Source: Scenedesmus sp. PABB004 (Eukaryota). From it: a DNA stretch of 64,000 bases. Position 1 is the stretch's first letter. The number at the start of each line of letters is the position of its first letter. A program made the position numbers and the translations under genes. Location of the stretch: contig JABVCE010000008.1 in the NCBI GenBank assembly GCA_014905635.1, positions 558,001 to 622,000 of the forward strand, in the 5' to 3' direction. This document shows, in pieces, positions 50,758-61,000 of this stretch. Below the pieces are notes generated by a model. That model did not search any database. It saw nothing but the letters and a program-made list of their open reading frames with translations, and had not been told where the DNA came from.

Positions 50758-53747
50758 TCAGCCAAAGGCCTGCATAATGACGGCCTGCGCGTCGCCGCCG
50801 GCCTCGGCGAGCAGCTCGAGCGCCGTGCCGCGCGGCAGCTCCAGCACCTCCATGACCTGCAACACAGCGCCCTCGTCCAGCGCGGGCCCGCCCTCCTCCT
50901 CGCTGCCCAGGAGCATGTCGGGGTCCTCGTACCCGCCAAACGCGCCGCCGGCGCCGCCGGCCGCGGGCGCCGCCGCGGGCGACGCCGCGGCGCCGCCGGC
51001 GCCGGGCGTGGCGGCCGCCGCAGCGGCCGCGGACGGCGCGCCGCCGCCGCCGCCGCCGCCGTCGGGCGCGAGCAGCGCGTCCAGCCCGAGCGCCGCGGCA
51101 AAGGGGTCGGCGCAGCGCTGGAGCCGGAACCAGCCCTTGTGCGCGGCGAGCAGCAGGTGCAGCAGGCGCACGAGGCGCGGCGGCTCGAGCCCGAGCCTGG
51201 CCTGCAGCAGCGGCAGCAGCTGCGCGAGCAGCGCGGCGCCCGCGTCGTCGCCGCCCGGCACGCCCCCGCGCCGCCGCCGCCGCCGCCGGGCGGGCCCGGC
51301 AGCAGCGCCGCCATCGCGCCCCTGAGCGCGGGCAGCAGCTCGGGGTGCTCCTGCGCGAGCGGCGTCAGCTGCGCGCGCGCCAGCTGCAGCGCGGCGGGCA
51401 GCTGGTTGGCCCGGATGAGCTGCGGGGCGGCGGCGCCGGGCGGGCAAGTCAGCGGCGGGCGACCCGTGAGAGAGAACGCGCTTTTGCCGCGCGGCGCGGC
51501 CGGCGCGCACCTGCACAAACTGGCAGCGCGTGAGCTCGAACCGCAGCGCCGGCTGCTCCGCCAGCAGGCCCGGCGCCAGCTCCTCTACGCGCGCCTCGGC
51601 CTCGGCGAAGCTGCCCGCCCGCACCAGGCCCTGCAGCGCCGTCAGGCCCTGCTGCACGGCCGCCTGGTGCGCGGCGCCCGCGGAGGACGCGCTCAGGCTC
51701 TTGAGCGACGCCTGCAGCGCCTGCCAGCGCTGCTGCGCCGCCGCGGCGCGGCTCGCCTCGACCAGCGCCTCGGCGCCGGGCGGCACCTTGCCGGGCGAGG
51801 CGGCTGGCTGCTGCTGCTGCTGCTTGCCCGGCAGGCTCGCGGCGCTGCTGCCCCCGGCGGCGAGCTCGACCACGACCTGCTGCAGCTCGCGCGCCGCCTG
51901 CTGCTGCCCCTGCTGCTGCTGCTCCTGCTGCGCCGCCACCGCCGCCGCGGCGGCTGCCGCCTGGCTCGGCGAGCCGCGGAAGCGCGACGGTGTCTGCCGG
52001 CTGCGCCAGCGCGGCACCTTGTACGGAGGGCTCTGCGACTCGCTGCGCAGCTCGGCGCCCGCGCCCGCCGCCGCGGCAGCGCCGCCGGCCGCCGCCGCCG
52101 GCGCGCCCAGGGGGCTCGGCGGACCCCCTGCCTGCGCGCCGCCGCCGCCGCTGCTGCCGCGCTTGCCCGCCTTGCCCGGGCTGCTGCCGGGCGACGTCTG
52201 CGCCGCCGCCGCCGCGCGCGCCGCCGCCGCGATGGACGCGGGCGGCGGCTCGGCGTCAGCGTCCATGTCGCCTGCCGCCGCGACGTCAGGGGGCGCCGGC
52301 GCGCCCTCGTCCGGCTCCACAAGGCCCCTGCAGCCGCCGCGCCGCGTGTGAGCGGCACCGCCAGCCGCGCCGCGCGCGCGCGCCCGTGCGCCGCGCCGAC
52401 CCGCGGCCGCGCCGCACCTGGCGGCCGCGTACTCCCACACGAGCGCGTCGACGCGGCGCGTGTCCAGCCGCAGCAGCATCAGCTGCCGGCCCAGCGCCTC
52501 CGCCGCGTCGCCGCCGGCCGCCTTGAGCGCGTCCAGCGCCACCTGGCGCGGGATGCTCACAGCCGCCATGAGCGCCTGCGGGCGCGGCGGGCGTGGGCCG
52601 CCGCAGCGGCCGCGCCGGGCGGCCGCCGCGCCAGGCCGGCCCCCTGCCGCCGCGGCTGCCCCCTCCCCCGTTGCCCGCCGTGTGCCGGCGGACCTGCACG
52701 TCGCGCTCCACGCTGCCCTGGCCGCTGATGTCGGGCGGCAGCGGGCCCTCGTCGCGGCCCTCCAGCAGCAGCCCCTCCGCGAGCTCCGCGGCGGGCGCCT
52801 GCAGCAGCTGCGCGCCGCCGCCGCCGCCCTGCGCGCCGCTGGTGAAGAGGGCGAAGAGGTGCAGCAGATAGGCCAGCTGCTGCGCCAGGCGCGCGGCGGT
52901 CCAGCCTGCGCGGGGGGCGGGGCGGCGGGGCCGTCGGCAGCCGCGCGCGCCGGCCGCGGCGCTGCCGCGCGGGCGCCGCGCGGCGCACCCGTCTCCCGCA
53001 GCACCGTGTGGTGCAGCAGCTCCGCCAGGCGGTCGCGCGCGGCGAGCGACCAGTCCTCGTGCGCCTGCGCCGCGTGCGGCTGCACCAGCATGAGCAGGAC
53101 GCGCTTGAAGTCGCAGTACGCCTCCGGATACGCGTCCAGCGCGAGCGGCGCCAGCTCCTGACGCGCACAGGCTGCGCGCGGCGCGCGTGCGGCGTGCGGC
53201 GGGCGGTCGGCCGGGGCCGCCCAGCGCGCGCGCGCACGCCCGCCGCCCGCCGCCCGCCGCCCGCCGCCCGCCGCCCGCCGCCCGCCGCCCGCGCCCGCCG
53301 CCCGCCTCACCCAGCGCGGCCGCGTCGCCCGCGGCGTCCGCGCGGCGCAGCAGCTCGATAAACTGCTGCCGCTTCAGCCGGAACGCCAGGCGCTGGTCCT
53401 GCAGGGCCGCGGAGCAGAACCGGGCCGCGACCGCGGTTGCGGCCGCCACGTCGCCGCGGCGCACCGCCTCGCGCGCCGCGTGCGCAGCCGCCGCCGCCGC
53501 CGCCGCGCCCTCATCGCTGCTCGGCGAGGCGGCGCCGTCCTGTGGCGCGGGCGGCCGCGGCGCGGGCGGGCGGGCGCGAGCGGCGGGCGCGGTCGCGTGG
53601 CCGCGCCGGCGGCGGCGGTTGCGGCGGCGGTTGCGGGCCGGCGCGCACCTCGATGAGCTCCGCCCGCGCCAAGTACTCCAGCGCCAGGCCGTCCAGCGCG
53701 CCCAGGTGCAGCTCCGGCGCCGTCGCGGCGCCGTCGCGGGCGTGCAT
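50758..53747 (-). CDS. Tandem LisH/CTLH/CRA protein with UBA-like helices (GID/CTLH E3 complex-related); one frameshift near 51265
   Basis: Exons 53747-53649, 53539-53311, 53171-52989, 52905-52694, 52575-52418, 52327-51511 and 51419-50758. Two copies of LisH-like (LDGLALEYL, VDALVWEY), CTLH-like (LAFRLKRQQFIELLR, LRFELTRCQFVQLIR) and UBA-like (RQVALDALKAAGGDA, RGTALELLAEAGGDA) units. Confidence 0.82.
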
Positions 53748-54220
53748 CGCCGCTGCTGCTGCTCATGCGCGACCGCCGCCGCCCGCGCGCCGGGGAGCCG
53801 GGGAGGAGCCCCGCATGCAGTTGCGGGGTGGTTCCGCCCGGGATGCGTCCCTGCAGAGAGGGCGTGTGGGTCCCCCGCTGCCTGGCCGGGCGCGGCGGCA
53901 GCAGCAGGGGCGCGTGCTGCTCCTGTGGCGGGACGGGCGCTGCGGGCGCGCTGCGGGGGCGTCTACGGTGAGGAGCGTGAGGTGGGGGAGTTGAGGGCGT
54001 GCTGCATGGGGCGGGCGCATGCAGACCGCGCGGTGCAAGGCGCGGAAAGACCTCGAGGTGTGTTCTAGCGCGCTCAGGCGCCCGACGCCCCCCTCAGGCG
54101 CCACTCCCCGCGTCCCGCTCGGCTCCCGCTCCTCACGCCCGCCAGACACACGCAGCAGCACCCCGCCACAGCCCGCTCTCCGGCCGCATCGAACAGCGCC
54201 TGCCTGAAGCACCCGGCGCC

Positions 54221-55876
54221 ATGGCGGAGGCGGGGGAGGCGACCGTGGAGGAGCTGCAGGCCAACCTCTCGGACTACAAAGCGCAGCTGCAGCAGGTGCG
54301 GCCGCGCCGGCGCGGCGCGGCGGCCTGCGCAGGAGCAGCGCCGCTGCTGCTGCCGGCGCCGCCGGCGCGGCGCGCCGCCGCAGCAACCACCCGCTCCCCG
54401 CCGCCCTCCTTGCCTCCTCGGCGCCACGCCCCGACGCCGCGCCCCGCCGCCGCGCCCGCCGCGCCTGCCGCGCCCGCCGCCCACCGCGCCCGCAGGTCGA
54501 GACGCTGCTGCTGGGCGAGCCGCACAACGATGAGCTGCGCGAGATGTATGACGGCCTGGCGGAGGTCATTGAGATGACCGAGGAGCTGCTCAAGGACGCA
54601 GGCGTGGAGCCAGCAGCCCCGGCCGCAGCGCCGCCCGCGCCCGCGCCGGCGCCAGCAGCGGCGCCCGCGCCCGGCGACCCCGCGGCCGCAGCGGCGGCCG
54701 CGGCGGCGGCGGCCGCGGCGGCGGCGGCGGCCGCAGCCGCGGCGGCCGTCGCGGCGGTGCCCGGCGCGACGCTCGTGGGGCCGCCGCCCGGCGCCGCCGG
54801 CGCCGCGGGCGCGGCGGGGCTCGCCGCGATGCTGCCGGCGAGCGTGGCGGAGCAGATCCGGCGCGCGCAGGTCAAGCAGGCGCTGCTGGGCCAGGGCGCC
54901 GCCGAGTGGGCGGTCGGCGCGGACTGCCTCGCGCTGTACGCCGCCGACGGGCAGCACTATCCGGCCAAGGTCAAGGCCGTCGCGCCGGGCGGCGCCGGCT
55001 TTGTGGTGGTTTATGAGGGCTACGGCACCGAGGAGGAGGTGCGCGCGGGCGGGGCGGGCCTGCGGAGGGTGTGCGGCGGCGAGGGCGTGGGCAGGAGGGC
55101 GGCGGGCGGCGGCGGCACGCGGCGGCGGCAACGGCACGCCGCGCGGGCGCGCGCCCACGTCGGCACAACCGTGGCGGGCGCCCGCGCAGGTGCCGCTGTC
55201 GTCGGTGCGGCCGATGCCGGAGGACAGCAGCGGCTACACCGGCGTCGCGGCGCCGAAGCGGAAGCGAGTCGAGGAGGCGCCGCGCGTGGCAGAGGCGCCG
55301 CCCAAGGTGCGCGCGGAGGCGCCGCGCCCGCCGCCGCCCGCCCGCGAGGCCTCGCGCACGGCCGCGCGCGCCCCTGCGCGCCCCCGCGCGACTGACCGCC
55401 CCGGCCCCGCCCGCCTCCCCGACCCCGCCCCGGCAGTGGCTTGAGATCAAGCCCACGGACGACGAGAAGACCGTGGCGCGCAAGAAGAAGCTGCTGAAGA
55501 GCTTTAAGAGCAAGCGGCGCTTCCAGGAGATGGACGTCGCGCAGAAGGAGCGCCAGGGCAGCTGGCAGAGCTTCCTCAAGGGCAAGGGCTCAAAGCCCAA
55601 GGCCGGTGAGGCGCGCCGCGCCGCGCCGCGCCGCGCGGCGCCGCGCGCCCGTGCCGCCCCCCCCCCCCCGCCGGGGCACCGACCCACGCGCTGCCGCCGA
55701 CCCACGCGCCGACCCGCGCGCCGACCCGCGCGCCGCGCGCCGCAGGCTTTTTCACGGGGCGCAAGAAGGAGAGCATCTTCAAGGTCCCCGAGCACGGCAA
55801 GGTGGGCGTGGTGGGGTCGGGCAAGGGCGTGACCGAGTACCAGAAGCGCGCGCGGCACGAGCACGCCGTGGAGTGA
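54221..55876 (+). CDS. SPF30: Survival motor neuron-related splicing factor 30 (SPF30/SMNDC1), Tudor domain
   Basis: Exons 54221-54295, 54496-55038, 55190-55306, 55437-55605 and 55746-55876. Motifs LSDYKAQLQQVE..LAEVIEMTEEL, Tudor WAVGADCLALYAADGQHYPA..YEGYG, WQSF and KKESIFK..KVGVVGSG. Confidence 0.93.
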
Positions 55877-56163
55877 GCGAGCGAGGCGCCCGCGCCGCGG
55901 CGGCGGCGGCGCGTCGAGGGTGTGCGCTGCGCGCGGCGTGCAACGCGTGCGGTTTGCGCTTCAGCCCCGACCGGCGGCGCCACGCCAAGCTGCAGTCGAG
56001 CTCCTCCTCAGCCAGAACAGACCCTCACGACGAAGGAGCAGTGCAAGCTCCGCTCTGTCCGCGCGAAGCGCAGCCGCTGCCGGCCGCTGCCGCGGGCCCT
56101 CAGCTCCCCGCGGCGCTCCCCGCCCTGGCCCGCACGGCGCGAAGCTCAGAGCGACCGCTTTCG

Positions 56164-58396
56164 ATGTTGGCCGACGGCGCGGCGCTGTTTGCCGCCGCGC
56201 AGGTGCGCCGCAGCAGCGGCGGCCGGCGCGGCGCCGCCGCGGTGCCCCGGCAGGCCCTGCCGGGCCGACAGCGCTCACAGAGGCTGGCCTGCAGTCTCTG
56301 CAGCCACAGACTGCTGCCGCCGCCGCCGCGCGCCGCCGCTGCGACTGCCGCCGCTGCCGCCGCTGCGACTGCTGCCGCCGGTGCCGCCGCGACTGCTGCC
56401 GCTGCGACTGCTGCCGCCGGCGGCCCCGCCAGGCCGGCGACGCCGGCGCGGTGCGGGCGGCGCTGGAGGCCGGCGCCGACGTGACCTGGTCGGACGCCGA
56501 GGGCACCAGCGCGCTCATGACCGCCGCCGAGCACGGCCACGCCGCGGTCGTCGACGCTCTGCTCGAGGCTGGCGCGCCGTGGAACCAGCAGGACACGTCG
56601 GGCTACTGCGCCGGTGCGCCACGGCGCGGCAGACGTAGACGCAGCGCGCGCGGGGCGCCCGCAGCGCGCGCAGCGCCTGCGGCCGAGCCGGGCCGCCGAG
56701 CTGGGCCGCGCGCCGGCCGCAGGCGAGTACGCGACGGCGGGCAAGCACCAGGCGATCGTCAAGCGCCTGCTGGAGTGGGGCGTGCGCGCGGAGCTGCTGC
56801 TGGGCGCGGCGGCGCGGTGCGCGGCGCGCGCGGCCGGGCGCGGCGCGGTGGGGGCGAGGCCGCTGCCGCCCTGGTCAGTGCATCGAGCGCGCGCCGGGCC
56901 GCGCTCCCCGCACGCACGCGCGCAGGTCGGGCGGCGAGGCGAGCAGCTCGGGCTCGGGCGCGCCCGCCGCCAACGCGGCGTACCTGCAGCAGCGCCTGCA
57001 CTACACGCCAGACGGCTGCAAGCTGCTCGACGCAGACGGTGCGGCGGGCGGCCAGCCCGCTGGCAGCGCGGCTGCGCGGGGCCGGGCCGGCGCTGCGGCG
57101 CAGCCTGCGGTCGGTCGGGGCGCGCGCGCCGCCGCGCAGCCGGCCGCGCAGCCGGCCGCGCGGCCAGGCGCCGACCGCCCCGCCCCGCCCGCCGCGGCGG
57201 GGCGCCAGGCGAGGCGGTGATGATGGGCTGGGAGGCCCCGATCATGGCGCGCCACGCGGCCGCGATCTGCGGCGCCGGCGGGGGCCACTACCTGAACGTG
57301 GGGTTTGGCCTTGGCATCATCGACGGCGAGATACAGGCGAGCACACAGCCGGGCGCCGTGCGTGGCTGCGCGCCACGCGACCGGGGCCCGCGCGCTGCGC
57401 GCCGCCCCGCGGCCGGGCCGACGCGCGCCGTCGCGCCGCCGCGCCGCGCCGCCCGCGCGCGCAGCGCCACCGCCCCGCCAGCCACACGATCGTCGAGGCG
57501 CACCCGGACGTGTACGCGCACATGTGTGATCAGGGCTGGGACTCCAAGCCCGGCGTGCGCGTGCTGTTTGGCCGCTGGCAGGACGTGCTTGGGCAGCTGC
57601 GCGAGCGGACATACGACGGCATCTTCTTTGACACGTGAGCGCTGCCGCAGCCTCGCGGCGCCCAGCCGTCACGGCCTGACCAACCACGGTCTCACCGACC
57701 ACGGTTTGACCGACCACGGTTTGACCGAACGCGGTTTGACCGACCGCCGCCGCGCCCGCAGGTACGGCGAGTACTACGACGAGCTGCACCACTTCCACGC
57801 CCAGCTGCCCGCCCTGCTGCCGCGGCGCGGCGGCGTGTACAGCTTCTTCAACGGCCTCGCCTCGGACAACTTCTTTTTTCACTCCGTGTATGGACGGTGC
57901 GTGCGCCCGCGCCCGCTGCGGCAGGCGCTGCGCGGTGCGCGCGCCCACGCGTGCGCACGCTCACGCGGCCCCACCCGCGCGGCCGCAGGCTGGTGCAGGT
58001 CGAGCTCGGCGGCCTCGGCCTGCGCACGCGCTTCGAGCGGCTCGCGGTGCAGGAGCTCGGCGACGACGTGTGGCAGGGAGTGAGAAACAAGTACTGGTGG
58101 GTGGGCCGCCGGGCGCGCGAGGGGCAGCCGCGTGGGCCCGCAGCGCCGGGGCCTGGCGGCTGCCGCGGCGGCGCGCGGGGTGCTGAGACGGCTGGGCGCT
58201 GCCGCTGGGCGCTGCCGGTCGCCGCAGGCACTTCCCTGTCTACTTCCTGCCGGTCGTCACGCGCGACGACGACGACGACGGCAACGCCGGCGACGCGGCG
58301 CCGAGCGAGGGCGGCGGCGACGTGGCACCGAGCGCGGGTGGTGGCGGCGTGGCGCCGAGCGAGGGCGGTGGCGGCGCGCGCGTTGCTGCGGAGTGA
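56164..58396 (+). CDS. RMT2: Protein arginine N-methyltransferase RMT2 (ankyrin repeat plus RMT2/GAMT-type methyltransferase)
   Basis: Exons 56164-56202, 56433-56613, 56723-56816, 56926-57038, 57209-57336, 57465-57634, 57762-57896, 57989-58096 and 58228-58396. Motifs LLEAGAPWN, GVRAELLL, VMMGWEAPIM, LNVGFGLGIID, HTIVEAHPDV, GRWQDV, DGIFFDTYGEYY and YSFFNGL. Confidence 0.93.
57670..57744 (+). repeat. Five tandem 15-nt units (consensus CACGGTTTGACCGAC) in an RMT2 intron
   Basis: Units start at 57670, 57685, 57700, 57715 and 57730. Confidence 0.9.
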
Positions 58397-58443
58397 CTTT
58401 CTGGTCACACCTCGCGTTTTAACGCGTGACAGCTCAAGTCTCG

Positions 58444-60967
58444 CTAGAAGCCGCCCATGAGCACGCCAAGGCGGTCCAGGCAGGCCTGCACCTTGCCGCG
58501 CACCGCGGCCTGCAGCGAGGCCGCGTCATTGGCATCGGCGGCGCCGCCCGCCGGGCCCGGCGACGGCGCCCCCGCGTCGCCGGGGCGCTGCTGCGCGTCG
58601 AGCGCCAGAAGCTGCCGCTCCGCGTCAGACGCCTCCGCCAGCAGCGCGCCGAGCTCTGGGTCGTCCGCCGAGAGCTCCGCCACCAGCGGCAGCAGCTCGG
58701 CGGGGATCAGCCCGCACCAGCCGCCGCCGCCGCCGCTGCTGCTGCTGCTGCTGCTGCTGCTGCGCCGGCTGCCACTGCCGCCGCCGGCGCCGTCCTCGGC
58801 CACCACGGGGCCATCCGCGGCGGGCGCGGCGGTGTGCTGCGGCGACGCCACAGCGCCCTGCTGCGGCGACGGCTGCTGCTCCGGCTCCCGCCCCTGCAGC
58901 TGCTGCTGCGGGCTGCGGCCGCCGCCAGCTGCGGCCGCCGCCGCGTGGGACGGCGGCCGCTCAGGCGAGGCCGCGGTGGGCGGCGTGTCGCCGCCGCTGC
59001 CGAAGAGCGCGGCCGCCACGGTGTCGCCGACCAGGCAGCCCACGCTGGCCGCGACGGCGACCTGGCCGGGGCTGGGCGAGCCGCCGCCGCCGCTCAGGCC
59101 GCCGGCGGGGGCGCCGCCGGGCGGGAAGGCGCCAGGGCTGGTGACGGAGCCCGGGCTCAGCAGCGCCGCGACGCCCAGCTGGCTCAAGCACGGCGTGCGC
59201 CGGCTGCAGCCGGTCGGCGGCAGCGCGGCGGGGCGCGGGGCGCCCTGCGGCGCCAGCTCGCCCAGGCCGGGCGTGGCCCAGCTGCCGCCCGCCTGGGTCG
59301 CAAAGTGCGTGGCGCTCGCCGACTCGCCCTGCTGCGGGCTGACCGGCAGCGACACGGACAGCAGCGGCTTGCGCTTGAGGCGCAGCGGCGAGCCGCCGCC
59401 GTCCCCGCTGGGACCGGCGGCGCCGCCGCCAGGCGCTCCGGCGCCGCCCAGCTGCCGCGCGTCTGCCGCGTGCGCCAGGGCCTTGAAGGGCGCCTGCGCG
59501 GGCCGCGCGATGCCCTTGACCGGCGACCGCGCCTTGCCGCCCCCGCCGCCGCCGTCGCTGGTGCTGCCGCCGTCGCTGCTGCTGCCCGAGCCCCGTCTAG
59601 TCAGCGTGAGCACGCCGCAGCTCGCCGTGCCGCTGCTGATGCTGAGCTTGGTGTCGCCGCCGTGCCTGAACGCGTAGCGCAGCACCGAGCCCTGCCCGCG
59701 GCTGCCGCGGCTGCCGCCGCTGCCGCCGCCGTCACTGCTGCCGCCGCCGCTGCTGCTGCCGCTGCTCCCGCCGCTGTCGCTCCCCCCGCCGCCGCCGCCG
59801 CTGGCGCTGTCTGCGGCTGCAGCGCCTGCAGCATCTGTGGCGCCTGTCGCTGCATCTGTAGCGGGTGCATCTGCGGCGGCCGCCGTCGGCTCCGGCACGA
59901 CCGCCGCCGGCACGACCGCCGCCGCCGGCTCTTTGTCAGCAGGGGCGACCGGCGGCGCCGCAGCTGTGCTGCCGGCAGGCGAGCGCGCCGGCGACGCCGC
60001 GTCGACCGCGCCTGCCGCGGCAGGCGGGGCGCCAAACGCAAACGCCGGCAGCGGGAGCTGCACCTGGCTCGCGCCCGCCTCATCGCCCTCGCACAGCGCC
60101 AGCCGCCGCCGCGCTGAGAGCCGGCCCGTGCTGCAGGGTGACTGCTCGGCCGCGGGCGACGGTGGCACGACCATGCCCGGCGACGCCAGCGCCGCCGCGC
60201 CGGTCGGCGTCGCCGCGGGCACGCACGCGACGTCCAGCGGCAGCCCCACCGGCGTCGGCACGCGCGGCTCGACCTCTGGGCTGCCCACCACGAGCGCCTC
60301 CACTACCCAGGCTGCACGGCCGGACGTGGGCGTCACGGCGCGCCCCGCCGCCGCTGCCGCCAGCATGCCGTCGAGCCACTGCGCGGCCGGCGACAGCGGC
60401 CCGTCCCCGTCGTCGCGCAGAGCCGGCGCCAGGGCCTGGCCGCCAGGCGACGACCCGGCGGGGCAGCGCCCCGCGGAACCACCGCCGCTGCTGTCGGCCT
60501 GGGCAGGCGAGCGCGCCGCCGGCGCGGCCGCTGCAAGCTCAGCTGCGGCGGGCGCGGCCGCCGGCGGCTCAGCCGCAGCGGGGCCGGCCGCCTTCTGGGC
60601 GGCCATGACCATCTCCCAGATTTTGCCGGGGCTCCGCGGGCCCGACGCGTGCTGCTGCAGCTGCTGCTGGGCCTGGGGCAGGCGCCGCAGGATGGACGCG
60701 GGCATGCCAGCCAGCCACGCCTGCAGCGCCTGCTCCGCGGGCGGCGAGCCGGCCGCCGCGTCGCCGCTGCTGCCGCCGAGGTGCCCCGGCGCGCCCGCCG
60801 CCGCCTCGGCGGCCGCGACTGCCGCCCGCCGCTTTGCCAGCCAGGCCTGCAGCTCCGGCTCCATCTCACCCGGCTCCGTGGCCTGGCCGGCCACGAACTG
60901 GTGCGGGCTGACAGCTGGCACCTGGGGCCGGCGGCACGGGCTCGGCGTGCGCTGCTCGGCCGCGAGC

Positions 60968-61000
<33 letters not shown>

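Noticed and set aside
57670..57744. Tandem repeats as a CRISPR array
   Set aside because: Contiguous 15-mers with no spacers, inside a eukaryotic intron, and no cas genes.
54221..58396. Functional cluster of a Tudor reader (SPF30) and an arginine methyltransferase (RMT2), with SmE in the same window
   Set aside because: RMT2-type enzymes make delta-N-monomethylarginine on a ribosomal protein, not the symmetric dimethylarginine read by SPF30. Adjacency is probably chance.
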